Assembly: GCA_963728205.1 (NCBI GenBank)
Contig: CAVSIV010000001.1
Span: 32,001-96,000 of the forward strand
Length of the DNA: 64,000 bases
Origin: an uncultured Chloroflexia bacterium
GTDB taxonomy: Bacteria > Chloroflexota > Dehalococcoidia > UBA2979
Direction: 5' to 3'
This document shows positions 10,050-19,984 of this stretch, in pieces; the first letter of the stretch is position 1; the number at the start of each line of letters is the position of its first letter. A program made the translations under genes and the position numbers. Below the pieces are notes generated by a model. The model searched no databases. It was not told the origin of the DNA and worked only from the letters and a program-made list of their open reading frames with translations.

Positions 10050-11255
10050 TTAGCCGCGCGGCAACCCGAGTCCGCGCGTCGCGATCACGTTGCGCTGGAT
10101 CTCGGAGGTGCCGCCCTCGATCGTGAACGCGATCGACCGCAGGTGCATGCGCGCCCACCCGCCGCCCATCGCCGTGCGCTTGCTTTCCGGGTCGAAAAGG
10201 TCACCGTACTTGCCGAGCAGCCGCGTTGCCGTGAGCCAGATGCGCTGGCCGAGCTCGGTGCCGAACATCTTCGTCACCGACGCCTCATAGTTCGGGACGA
10301 TCCCGCGCGCCTGCAGCGAGATGATGCGCTGCGAGAACGCCCGCGCCACCGCCGCCTCGATGTAGCGGTCGGCCAGCTGGAGGCGCGGCGAGTCGGCGCG
10401 GCCGAGCCGCGAGCGCCCGGTGTCGGCGTCGCGCTCGCGTACCAGGAAGTCGCGGATCACGTCGAGCGTCTGCTCGTTGAGCACGGCGGAGCCGATCGAC
10501 GAGCGCTCGAAATCGAGGTGGGTCGCGCCGACGTACCAGCCGCGGTCGATCTCGCCCACCGCGTTGCGGGCCGGCACGCGTACGTCCTCGAAGAAGACCT
10601 CGTTGAAGCCGCTGCCGCCGTGCATCTGCTGCAGCGGGCGCACGGTGATGCCGGGCGAGTCCATGCGCAGCAGCAGATAGGTGATGCCGCGGTGCTTCGG
10701 CGCCTCGGGGTTGGTGCGCACGAGCGCGAACATCCAGTTGGCGTTGTGCGCGTTGGACGTCCAGATCTTCTGGCCGTTCACCACGAAGTCGTCGCCGTCG
10801 CGGACCGCGCGCGTTTGCAGCGACGCGAGGTCCGATCCGGAGCCGGGCTCGGAGTAGCCCTGGCACCACACCGTGTCGCCGCGCACGAGCGGCGGCAGGT
10901 GCTCGCGCTTCTGCTCGTCCGAGCCGTGGACGAGGATCGTCGACCCCACGTCGTGCACCCCGGGGCGCGGAGCGCGCTGCTCCGCGAACGTCTCGTTGAG
11001 GATGAACTGTTCCATCGGCGTGAGATCCGCGCCGCCGTACTCCTTCGGCCATGCCGGCGCAATCCAGCCGCGCGCGACGAGCGCCGCGCGCCACCGCTTG
11101 AGCGCGTCCTCGCGCGCGGGCGATGACGGACCCTCGCCGAAGTTCATGTAGTCGCCGTCCTGCAGCCGGAGCTCGGCCGGCAGGTGCGCATCGATGAACC
11201 CCGCCACCTCGTATCGAAACGATGCCTGCTCGACCGTGTCCGCGAAGTCGACCAC
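10050..11255 (-). CDS. Acyl-CoA dehydrogenase (FadE-like)
   Basis: WCQGYSEPGSGSDLASL, NGQKIWTS, FNEVFFEDVRVP and TIEGGTSEIQRN. Confidence 0.95.
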   Translation of the reverse strand: MVDFADTVEQASFRYEVAGFIDAHLPAELRLQDGDYMNFGEGPSSPAREDALKRWRAALVARGWIAPAWPKEYGGADLTPMEQFILNETFAEQRAPRPGVHDVGSTILVHGSDEQKREHLPPLVRGDTVWCQGYSEPGSGSDLASLQTRAVRDGDDFVVNGQKIWTSNAHNANWMFALVRTNPEAPKHRGITYLLLRMDSPGITVRPLQQMHGGSGFNEVFFEDVRVPARNAVGEIDRGWYVGATHLDFERSSIGSAVLNEQTLDVIRDFLVRERDADTGRSRLGRADSPRLQLADRYIEAAVARAFSQRIISLQARGIVPNYEASVTKMFGTELGQRIWLTATRLLGKYGDLFDPESKRTAMGGGWARMHLRSIAFTIEGGTSEIQRNVIATRGLGLPRG

Positions 11256-11339
11256 TGGTGCTCCCGTCGCTGGGCGCTCCGTCGCGCCGCCTCGTTGCTC
11301 CGCGCCGCCGGCTCGTTTCGGTGGCGCGCCCCGACCCGT

Positions 11340-13800
11340 TCAGACCGGCAGGGGCGCGTCCGCGATCACGTGCGCGGCCTCCAGCGCCCCGACCTGCGTC
11401 TCGTCGTAGCCGGCCACATCCCGCAGGACCTCGGCGTTGTGCTCGCCGAAGCACGGCGCGGCGCGCAGGGGCAGCAGGGCACGCCGTCGCAGCCGCCAGA
11501 CCGGGTGCGTGGTGCGCTGCCGCCCGGCGACCGGGTGGTCATACGTCGTGTAGAAGCCGCGCGCGGCAAGATGCGCGTCGCGCACGAGCATCAGCGGCGA
11601 GAGCACGGGCGCGGCGCTCACGCCGGCCGCCTGCAGTCGCTCCGCGGCGTCGCCGGCGTCCTGGGCGCGCGCCCACTCCGCGATCGCCGCGTCGATCGCG
11701 TCCTCGCCCGCGCGCCGCCCCGCGAGCGTCGCGTAGCGCGGGGCGGCGAGCCTCGCGTCGCCGACGACGGACTGCAGCGCCTCCCACGCGGCGTCGTCCT
11801 CGACCGCGACCGCGAGCCACTCCTCGCGCGTCTCGCCGGACGTGCCGCGCGCGGCGCCGAGCGGGCGCGGCGCGCCGTCGGCGGCGCGGTAGACGCCGTG
11901 CGGCGCGCAGTCGACGTCGCGGTTGCCCTCGCGCACCGGGTACGCGGCCCCGATCGACTCCGCGACGATGAACTCGCCGATGAGCCCGATGATGTTGTCG
12001 CGCTGCCGCAGCACCATGTGCAGCCCCTCGCCGGCGCGCTCGCGGTGCAGCAAGGCCAGCGCGACCGCGCCGGCGGCGAGCGTCCCCGCGGTGGGGTCGC
12101 CGTACGAGATCCCGCTCTTGTGCGGCGGACCGCCCGCGTAGCTTTGCAGCGACACAAGCCCGCCCATCTGCTCGATCGTCGGGCCGAAGCCGACGCGCTC
12201 CGACTCCGGCGGCTCCTGGCTGAAGCCCGGCATCTGCAGCATCGAGATGCGCGGGTTGATCCGCCGCAACTCCTCGCAGCTCACGCCGAGCCGCGTCGCG
12301 ACGTCCGCGCTCCAGTTCTCGATCACCACGTCGGCCTGCGCGACAAGGGCGCGGAAGGCGGCGAGCCCCTCGGGCTGCTGCAGGTCGAGCGCGATCCCGC
12401 GCTTGCTGCGGTTGTACTCGTTGAAGTACGGCGAGCGGTCGAAGGTGCGCTCGCCGTCGACGGGGCCGATCGCGCGGACGGCGTCGGGGAAGGTCGTGCC
12501 CTCGATGTGAATGACGTCGGCGCCCGTGTCGCCGAGGAAGCGCGTGGCGAACGGGCCCGCCCACACTTGCGTGAGATTCGAGCACGCGGACGCCGGCGAG
12601 CGGCAGCGGCGGCGTCCCGTGGGCGTCCGCGGCGGCCGCCGCGGACGCTGTCGCCGCGCCCGCGGCTTCGCGGCTCGGCAGCTCCGCGATCACCTCTCCG
12701 GTGTGCTCGCCGAGGAGCGGCGCGCGGCGCGGCGCGCGCAGCGGATGGTCGACGGAGAACGCCGGGCCGGGCTGCGCGTGGCGCCCGAGCACCGGATGGT
12801 CGATCTCCTGCCAGAAGCCGCGCTCGCGCAATGGCGGCCACTCGAGCAGGTCGCGCGGCGCGGGGATCAGCGAGAAGGGCGCCCGCGCCCGCTGCGACGC
12901 GTCGAAGATCTCCTGCGACGTGCGCGCGGAGGTCCACTCCATCACCAGGGCCGTCACGAGGTCGTTCATGGCCGGGTCGGCCACCATGCCGGGGAGGTCG
13001 AGCGTCTCGCCCAGCTCGTGCTGACCGATGCACTCGAAGACCGACTTCGCCTGGCGCGCCATCGACGCCACGCCGACATGCCCGTCGGCGCTGGGGTAGA
13101 TCCCCCAGAGCGCGAACATCTGGTTGCCGGTGCGCGCCGCGTCGACCTCGTTCACCATCGCCGACGGCCCGAAACCCTCGAGCGCCGACGCCTGCGCCTC
13201 CTGGATCGAGATGTCGAGGTGGTCCCCGACGCCGCTCCGGCGCGCGCCGAACAGCGCGGCCAGGCAGGCCGAGAAGACGTGCAACGCTGTCTGGTAGCCG
13301 GCCTGGTCGCCCGCCGTCTTCAGCGGCGGCCGGTCGGGATCGCCGCACAGGTTCATCTGCCCGCCGGCCGCGAACGCGGTCAGCGCGGTCGCGCGCCAGC
13401 CGGCGCGCGGGCCGGTCTGGCCGAACGGCGTCACCGAGCACACCACGAGCGCCGGCCGGCGGGCGGCGACGGCGTCGAGGTCGATGCCCCGCTCGCGCCA
13501 CGCGCCCGGCGTGCCGGACTCGACGACCACGTCGGCCGTCTCGATCAGCCGCACGAGCGTCGCCCGGTCCTCCGCGCGGGTCGCGTCGAGCACGACGCCG
13601 CGCTTCCCCGTGTTCAGGTACGCGAAGAGCACGCTGCCGTCCGGTGTGTCGCCGACCCGCGGTCCGCGGCGCCGGGTCGGGTCGCCCTCCGGGGGCTCGA
13701 CCTTGATCACGTCGGCGCCGAACGACGCCATCAGGCGGGTCGCATAGGCGCCGGCGACGCCGTCGCTCAGGTCGATGACCCTTGTCTGCTCGAGCAGCAT
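11340..13800 (-). CDS. Tandem-domain class III CoA-transferase (CaiB/BaiF), +1 frameshift near 12577 (probable sequencing error)
   Basis: First domain RVIDLSDGVAGAYATRLMASFGADVIKVE and YLNTGKR. Second domain WAGPFATRFLGDTGADV, EYNRSKR and SYGDP. Removing one base from CTCGAATCTC restores LDLTQVW. Confidence 0.88.
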
Positions 13801-13806
13801 GGCGGG

Positions 13807-13869
13807 CACCTTTCCGGGCGGATGGGGGTGCCGGGGAACTGGTCGGCACCCCCATCCACCGCGAAGGTG
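13807..13869 (-). promoter_or_regulatory. Strong stem-loop overlapping the RBS of the CoA-transferase
   Basis: Perfect 14-bp IR GGATGGGGGTGCCG (13820-13833) / CGGCACCCCCATCC (13844-13857), extended by CACCTT / AAGGTG. Confidence 0.5.
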
Positions 13870-13944
13870 GCAGGACGCGTCCGGTTCGCAGCCGGGGCGG
13901 CCGGCGTTGCGGTTGCCGCCGCCGGCGCGTGCGTCCTGCCCGGG

Positions 13945-14898
13945 CTAGTACGGCGTGCTGGGCTCGAGCAGCCGGCTCGGGTTCTCGACCAGCAGCGTGT
14001 GGATCTGCGCGTCGGTCGCGCCCTGCTCGCGCAGCGCCGGCGCGACCTGCTCCGAGATGTGCGCCATGTGCCAGTTGGGCATGACGGTGCCGATCTGCTC
14101 GTAGTTGGGCGCCCAGTCGATCGCGCAGCAGGAGTCGTGCGCGAGCGCGATGCGGTCCGCGTAGCCGTCGGCGAGCAGCCGGGCGAGGGCGCCGACGCGG
14201 CGGTCGAACGAGAGGATCCCGTCCATGCCGAAGCGGTCGAGGCCGATCATGCTGCCGTTGTCCATCAGCTCCTTCAGGTAGTCGACGTCGTCGGTGTCGC
14301 CGACGTGGCCGATCACGACGTGCGAGAGGTCGACGCCCTCGTCCTTGAAGATGCGCTGCTGCTCGCGCCCGAGCGTCGGCGGGTTGTTGTGCGTGAGGAT
14401 CGGCAGGCCGGTCGCGCGATGGGCGCGCGCGCCGGCGCGCAGGCACTTCTCGTTGACCTCGGAGAGCCCGCCCGACTCCTGGTCGGTCGCGAGCTTGATG
14501 GCGCCGGGGCGCACGCCCGTGTCGGCGATGCCCTCCTGGGCCTCGCGGATGAAGGCGCTCGCCATGTCGTCGGCGTCCCGGCCGACCCAGTAGCGCGGCA
14601 CCATCCAGTAGATGCCGGTCGCGCAGACGATGTGGATCGGGGTCTCGGCCTGGACCTCCTGCATCAGCGCGACGTCGCGTCCCATGTCCGCGGTCGTCAG
14701 GTCGACGACCGTCTGGATCCCCGCGCGCTCCGCGGCGCGCAGGCGCTCGAGGGCGTTCCGCTTCGCGAAGTCGCGGTTCGATCGCTCGGGCCAGTTCTCG
14801 CGGATGCCGGGCGTGCGGATGTTGATGTGCTCGTGCACGAGCGTGCGTCCGAGCTTCACCGGCTCGACGGGGCCGCGGACCGTGTTGATCGTCGCCAT
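13945..14898 (-). CDS. Phosphotriesterase-family (PTE/PHP, lactonase-like) metallohydrolase
   Basis: INTVRGPV, LVHEHI, AIKLAT (carboxylated Lys), ILTH, VIGH, GLDRFG, AHD and VENP. Confidence 0.93.
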   Translation of the reverse strand: MATINTVRGPVEPVKLGRTLVHEHINIRTPGIRENWPERSNRDFAKRNALERLRAAERAGIQTVVDLTTADMGRDVALMQEVQAETPIHIVCATGIYWMVPRYWVGRDADDMASAFIREAQEGIADTGVRPGAIKLATDQESGGLSEVNEKCLRAGARAHRATGLPILTHNNPPTLGREQQRIFKDEGVDLSHVVIGHVGDTDDVDYLKELMDNGSMIGLDRFGMDGILSFDRRVGALARLLADGYADRIALAHDSCCAIDWAPNYEQIGTVMPNWHMAHISEQVAPALREQGATDAQIHTLLVENPSRLLEPSTPY

Positions 14899-15231
14899 CG
14901 CTCTCTCCCGCTGCGGCGCATCACGCGCATGGTGGCGTCGCGGGACGCTAGGCAGGGCCGCCGGGGATCGTCAAACAGGTTTCTTTTGCCCGCCGGGTGC
15001 GGGGGCGTGCGGCCGCGTCACGCGCGGGCGGCACGGCGGCGCGCGCGGGCCATCCATCAACTTGCTGATTGCGACGCGGCGCGGTTCCCGGTATCAGCAA
15101 CGCGTGTAATGCCGCGTCGCGACGGGGGAGCGCGCGCGTGCATCGCGGACCCATCGGGACGACGTACCGCGGTCGCGGACCGGGCGGTGCTTCCGCGGCG
15201 GCGGCCCCACCTGAGGGAACGGGAGCAGCTC

Positions 15232-17022
15232 ATGACGGACGACGGCGGTTACTGGCAGCGACTGGCGAACCGGGGACTGAGCCGGCGCGGGCTTCTGCGC
15301 GGCTCGGCGATGGCCGGGGCCGGGCTGGCCGGCGCGGCGCTGATCGGCTGCGGCAGCAGCGGCTCGTCGACGGGCACGCCCGCGGCGACGCAGGCGGCCT
15401 CCGGGTCCGGCGGCAGCGCCGCGACCGCCGCGTCGGCGGGCGCGCAGGCCGCCGCCAGCGGTGACAACGGCTCGCACGTTCCGTCGAACCCGGCCGACCC
15501 GGCGCTCGCGCCGGACTACGCGTCGATCTACGGGGGCACGCCGAAATCCGGCGGCACTCTACACCTGGTGCTCGGCTCCGATCCCGGCAACTACAACCCG
15601 ATCCGCGACGCCGGCTATCCCGGCCTCGAGGTGGCGGGCGGCGTGCTCAGCAACCTCGTGCGCGCGAACTGGCGCATTCGCGGCGACGTCACGTACGAGG
15701 GTGATCTCGCCCAGGCGATGCCGGAGCAGCCCGACCAGCAGACCTATGTCTTCAAGCTGCGCCCGAACGCGAAGTGGCACAACGTGCCGCCGGTCAACGG
15801 TCGCGCGCTGACGTCCGAGGACGTCAAGAAGAACTTCGAGTACATGGTCACGAACCAGGCCGACTTCGTCCTGCGGCCGATGTTCACGATGGTCGACAAG
15901 GTCGACACGCCCGACGACACGACCGTCACCGTGCACACGTCGTTCCCGTACTCGTCATTCATCGACAACCTCGCGGACTGCTGGGCGAAAGTGATTCCGC
16001 AGGAGCAGTACGAAGGCAACCTCTCGAAGACGAAGCCCGTCGGCTCGGGACCGTTCATCTTCGACTCGTTCCAGACGGGTGTGCAGTACAAGTTGAAGCG
16101 GAATCCCGACTACTACCGCCAGGGCCGCCCGTACCTCGATGGGCTGACCTGGCACGTCATCAACAACTCGCAGCTCGCGCAGTCGTCCTTCCTCTCAGGA
16201 CAGGTCGACAGCTACGGGTCGGGCGTCGCGCAGCTGTCGCTCGAGACGATCAAGCGCAAGACCGATGCGAACTGGAGCTGGCGCTGGAGCGTGCTGAACC
16301 CGTTGATGATCAACAACCAGCGGAAGCCGTTCGACGACGAGCGGGTGCGGCAGGCGATCATGTACGCGGTCGACCAGGACGCGATTCGCCAGCTCCAGTT
16401 CGGCGGGTACGCGCGGCAGGGCCAGCACGTCGGGCTCTTCCACAACGACGTGTTGCTCGAGGACTCCGAGCTGCCGAAGCGCGACGTCGCGAAGGCGAAG
16501 CAGCTGCTGAGCGCCGCCGGCGTCGAGAATCTGACGCTGGCCGACAAGACGTTCCAGGGCGCGAGCCAGGCGTTCGGCACGCTGCAGGTGCAGCAGGCGC
16601 TGAAGGACGCCGGGATCGCGATGAGCGTCGACGAGATGCAGTGGGCGAACTGGCGCAGCCGGGTCTACGGCATCGAGGGCGACTTCGAAATCACGATGGG
16701 TGGTGAGTTCGACTACCTGAGCCTCGATCGGCAACTGTACAACAGCTACTACTCGAAGGGCGCGGCGAACAACCGGCACGTGAACGACGCGAAGCTCGAC
16801 AAGATGCTCGACGACGCGCGCGGCATCTTCGACAAGAGCCAGGTCGCGAGCGCCTACAAGGACATCCAGCGCTACCTGTACGCGCAGGCGATCAATGTCC
16901 CGCTCGCGGACGGAGTGACCACCGCGGCGACCGACAAGAAGGTGAAGGGCTGGTTCTGGGGCGCCAGCGCCGGCGTCCTCTTCGGGGTGCAGTGGTTCGA
17001 CTCGGTGTGGCTGAACACATGA
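15232..17022 (+). CDS. ABC transporter family 5 substrate-binding lipoprotein (Tat signal)
   Basis: SRRGLLRG...AALIGC Tat/lipobox, FKLRPNAKWHN, PVGSGPF, PYLDGL and PFDDERVRQAI. The true start is ATG 15232, not 12511. Confidence 0.92.
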   Translation: MTDDGGYWQRLANRGLSRRGLLRGSAMAGAGLAGAALIGCGSSGSSTGTPAATQAASGSGGSAATAASAGAQAAASGDNGSHVPSNPADPALAPDYASIYGGTPKSGGTLHLVLGSDPGNYNPIRDAGYPGLEVAGGVLSNLVRANWRIRGDVTYEGDLAQAMPEQPDQQTYVFKLRPNAKWHNVPPVNGRALTSEDVKKNFEYMVTNQADFVLRPMFTMVDKVDTPDDTTVTVHTSFPYSSFIDNLADCWAKVIPQEQYEGNLSKTKPVGSGPFIFDSFQTGVQYKLKRNPDYYRQGRPYLDGLTWHVINNSQLAQSSFLSGQVDSYGSGVAQLSLETIKRKTDANWSWRWSVLNPLMINNQRKPFDDERVRQAIMYAVDQDAIRQLQFGGYARQGQHVGLFHNDVLLEDSELPKRDVAKAKQLLSAAGVENLTLADKTFQGASQAFGTLQVQQALKDAGIAMSVDEMQWANWRSRVYGIEGDFEITMGGEFDYLSLDRQLYNSYYSKGAANNRHVNDAKLDKMLDDARGIFDKSQVASAYKDIQRYLYAQAINVPLADGVTTAATDKKVKGWFWGASAGVLFGVQWFDSVWLNT

Positions 17023-17110
17023 TCGCCGCCGCAGCGGCAGCGATGTCCGGTCGGGCGGGCGCGGCGCGGACGCGGCGCGGGGGCGCCCGTCGCGGCGGGG
17101 TGCTCCGCTG

Positions 17111-18058
17111 ATGATGGTGTACATCCTGCGCCGGCTCGTGGTCGCCGTGATCACCGTGCTCGGCGTCGCGTTCCTCGTCGTGGTCGCGATGCGGGCGATC
17201 CCCGGCAGCGCGATCGACGTGATCCTGTCCACGGGATCGATCGGTGGCCCGCATGCGCGACAGGAGCTCGCGCACGAGCTCGGGCTCGACCGGCCGCTGC
17301 CCGTCCAGTACGTGGACTGGCTGGGCGGGGTACTGCACGGCGACTTCGGGGAGTCGGTGATCACCGGCCGGTCGGTCGGGAGTCAGCTGCGCGAGGCCCT
17401 GCCCGTGAGCGTCGAGCTCGGGATCATGGCGCTCGCCTTCGGGCTCGTCTTCGGCATCCCCGTGGGGGTGATCTCGGCGATCCGCCAGGACACGCTCACG
17501 GACTACTCGCTCCGCTCGATCGCGATCGCCGGTCTCTCTATCCCGAACTTCCTGGTGGGTGTGGTGGTGATCGTGCTGGCGTCGCGGCTCTTCAACTGGA
17601 CGCCGTCGATCACGTACCACCCGCTGATCCACGAGCCGCTGGCCAACCTGCAGCAGTTTGTGCTGCCGGCCGTGATCCTCGGGTTTGGGGCGTCGGCGGC
17701 GCTCATGCGCTTCACGCGGACCGCGGTGCTCGAGACGTCGCGTGCCGACTACGTGCGGACCGCGCGGGCGAAGGGGCTGTCCGAGTACGGCGTGGTGGCG
17801 CGCCACATCGTGCGCAACGCGCTGATCCCGGTCATCAGCGTCGTGGGCGTGTTTCTGGCGTTCATCGTCGGCGGCACGGTGATCTTCGAGCAGATGTTCC
17901 AGCTGCCGGGGATGGGGCGACTGCTGTTCGTTGCGATCAACAACCGCGACTACCCGACGATCCAGTCGGCCGTGCTGGTGTTCGCGTCGACGGTCGTCCT
18001 GGTGAACTTCCTCACGGACCTCGCATACACGGTCGTCGACCCGCGCGTGCGGCTGTAG
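17111..18058 (+). CDS. ABC transporter permease (DppB/OppB-like)
   Basis: YILRRL, LGLDRPLPVQY, GDFGES, DYVRTARAKGL and RDYP. Confidence 0.93.
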   Translation: MMVYILRRLVVAVITVLGVAFLVVVAMRAIPGSAIDVILSTGSIGGPHARQELAHELGLDRPLPVQYVDWLGGVLHGDFGESVITGRSVGSQLREALPVSVELGIMALAFGLVFGIPVGVISAIRQDTLTDYSLRSIAIAGLSIPNFLVGVVVIVLASRLFNWTPSITYHPLIHEPLANLQQFVLPAVILGFGASAALMRFTRTAVLETSRADYVRTARAKGLSEYGVVARHIVRNALIPVISVVGVFLAFIVGGTVIFEQMFQLPGMGRLLFVAINNRDYPTIQSAVLVFASTVVLVNFLTDLAYTVVDPRVRL

Positions 18059-18060
18059 GG

Positions 18061-18975
18061 GTGGCCATGGTCTCGACCGACACGCCCGTCGCCTCGGCGC
18101 CCGACATCCGGCCGGCGCGTCCGCGCAACCCGGTGGTCGACGTCTTCGTGCGCCTGTACCGGGACAAGCCGATGGCGTTCTGGGGCGGGCTCGCGCCGAT
18201 CGTCCTCGTGATCCTGGTCGCGGTGCTGGCCGGCGCGATCACGCGGGTGCCCCCCAACCTGCAGAACTCCGCGGTGGTGCTCGAGGGGCCGAGCCTCTCG
18301 CACCCGTTCGGCACCGATCAGTTCGGTCGCGACGTCTACTCGCGGGTCGTGTACGGCGCGCGCCTGTCGCTGGAGGTCGGGCTGATCCCGGTGTTCGTCG
18401 GCATCACGATCGCGACCGTGATCGGGGTGATCTCCGGCTACTTCGGCGGCCTGGTCGATCTCGTGATCCAGCGCGGGGTCGACATCCTCATGGGGTTCCC
18501 GTCGTTCATCCTGCTGCTGCTGCTCGCGGCGATCCTGACGCCGAGCAAGACGAGCACGATCATCGGCATCTCGGTGATCCTGATCGCGGGGCCGGTCCGC
18601 GTCATCCGTGGGCAGGTGCTGGCGATTAAGGAGCACACGTTCGTCGAGGCGGCGCGGGTGCTCGGCGCGAGCGAGACGCGGATGATGCTGCGGCACATTC
18701 TGCCGAACATCCTCGACCTCGTGATCGTGATCCTCTCGATCAACGTCTCGTTCGCGATCATCGCGGCCGCGTCACTGAGCTTCCTCGGCCTCGGTGTGCC
18801 ACCGCCGACGCCCGACTGGGGCGGCATGGTGTCGGGCACCGAGCTCGCGTACCTCTCCACGGCGCCCTGGATCATGATCGCCGCCGGCGGCGCACTCACG
18901 ATCACCGTGTTCGGCTTCAACATGCTCGGGGACGGGCTGCGGGACGTGCTCGACCCGCGCCTTCGCGGCTCCTGA
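18061..18975 (+). CDS. ABC transporter permease (DppC/OppC-like)
   Basis: HPFGTDQFGRDVYSR, FVEAARVLGAS, HILPN, LSFLGLG and GDGLRDVLDPR. Confidence 0.93.
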   Translation: MAMVSTDTPVASAPDIRPARPRNPVVDVFVRLYRDKPMAFWGGLAPIVLVILVAVLAGAITRVPPNLQNSAVVLEGPSLSHPFGTDQFGRDVYSRVVYGARLSLEVGLIPVFVGITIATVIGVISGYFGGLVDLVIQRGVDILMGFPSFILLLLLAAILTPSKTSTIIGISVILIAGPVRVIRGQVLAIKEHTFVEAARVLGASETRMMLRHILPNILDLVIVILSINVSFAIIAAASLSFLGLGVPPPTPDWGGMVSGTELAYLSTAPWIMIAAGGALTITVFGFNMLGDGLRDVLDPRLRGS

Positions 18976-19027
18976 TCCCGGGCCCACCAGGCAAGCGCCG
19001 CGCGCGCAGGCACAGTAAGGACGACGC

Positions 19028-19915
19028 ATGTCACGCGATTTCGAGAACCTGCTCATCGACCGGGTGGGGACGGACGGGCGCATCGCACGCGTCACGCTGA
19101 ACCGACCGGAGAAGATGAACGCGCTCTCGCAGGAGCTGCTCTTCGAGCTGCGCGAGGCCCTGATGGACCTCGAGGCAGACGACAGCGCGCGCGTGATCAT
19201 CCTGCGCGGCGCGGGGCGCACGTTCAGCGCCGGCTACGACCTCACGCCGCCACAGCAGAGCGGTGCCGACGCCGTGGTGCGCGCGTTCAAGACCACCGAC
19301 CCGCAGGGCCGCCGGCTGTGGGCGAACGCGCGCGGCGGCATCCAGCGCATCACCGACATCCACATGTACTTCTGGAACATGCAGAAGATCACCGTCGCCC
19401 AGATCCACGGGTACGCCATCGCCGGGGGCTGCGAGCTCGCGATGATGGCCGACATCGTCACCGCGGCGAGCGACGCGAAGCTCGGACACCCGGGGCTGCG
19501 CTTCGGCGGGACGCGGACCTCGATGATCCTGCCGCTCGTGATCGGGATGCGGAAGGCGAAGGAGCTTTTCTACACGGGCGACAACATCAGCGGCGAGGAG
19601 GCCGAGGCCATCGGGATGATCAACCATGCCTGGCCGATGGAGCAGCTGGAGGAGCGGACGATCGCGATCGCCGACCGCATCGCGAACCTGCCCTCCGACC
19701 ACCTCGCGATGCTCAAGGTCCACGTCAACCGCTTCTACGAGAACATGGGCATCTACTCGTCCGTGCGCTCGTCGACGGACCTCGACGCGATTTCGTTCAC
19801 CTCGCAGGCGTACCAGTGGGGCGACCACATGCGCGAGGGCGGCCTGAAGGAGGCGCTCGCCTGGCGCGACGGTCCGTACCAGGACTACCGCGCCGCGCCG
19901 ACGCGCACCTCCTGA
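19028..19915 (+). CDS. Enoyl-CoA hydratase/isomerase family protein
   Basis: TLNRPEKMNALS, FSAGYDL and QIHGYAIAGGCELAM. Confidence 0.92.
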   Translation: MSRDFENLLIDRVGTDGRIARVTLNRPEKMNALSQELLFELREALMDLEADDSARVIILRGAGRTFSAGYDLTPPQQSGADAVVRAFKTTDPQGRRLWANARGGIQRITDIHMYFWNMQKITVAQIHGYAIAGGCELAMMADIVTAASDAKLGHPGLRFGGTRTSMILPLVIGMRKAKELFYTGDNISGEEAEAIGMINHAWPMEQLEERTIAIADRIANLPSDHLAMLKVHVNRFYENMGIYSSVRSSTDLDAISFTSQAYQWGDHMREGGLKEALAWRDGPYQDYRAAPTRTS

Positions 19916-19984
19916 GCTGCGCACCGTCCGCGCGCCGCCACGGCACGCGGGCCCGGAGAGCGCGTGGGAGGGGAAGGGTGCGCC

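Noticed and set aside
12575-12579. Programmed frameshifting or true pseudogenes at the broken genes
   Set aside because: No slippery heptamers and no other decay in these genes. The shared GANTC context points to sequencing error, though this is unproven without reads.
12511-15231. N-terminal extension of the 1503-aa ORF
   Set aside because: It lies antisense to the CoA-transferase and PTE genes. The Tat signal and RBS place the start at 15232.
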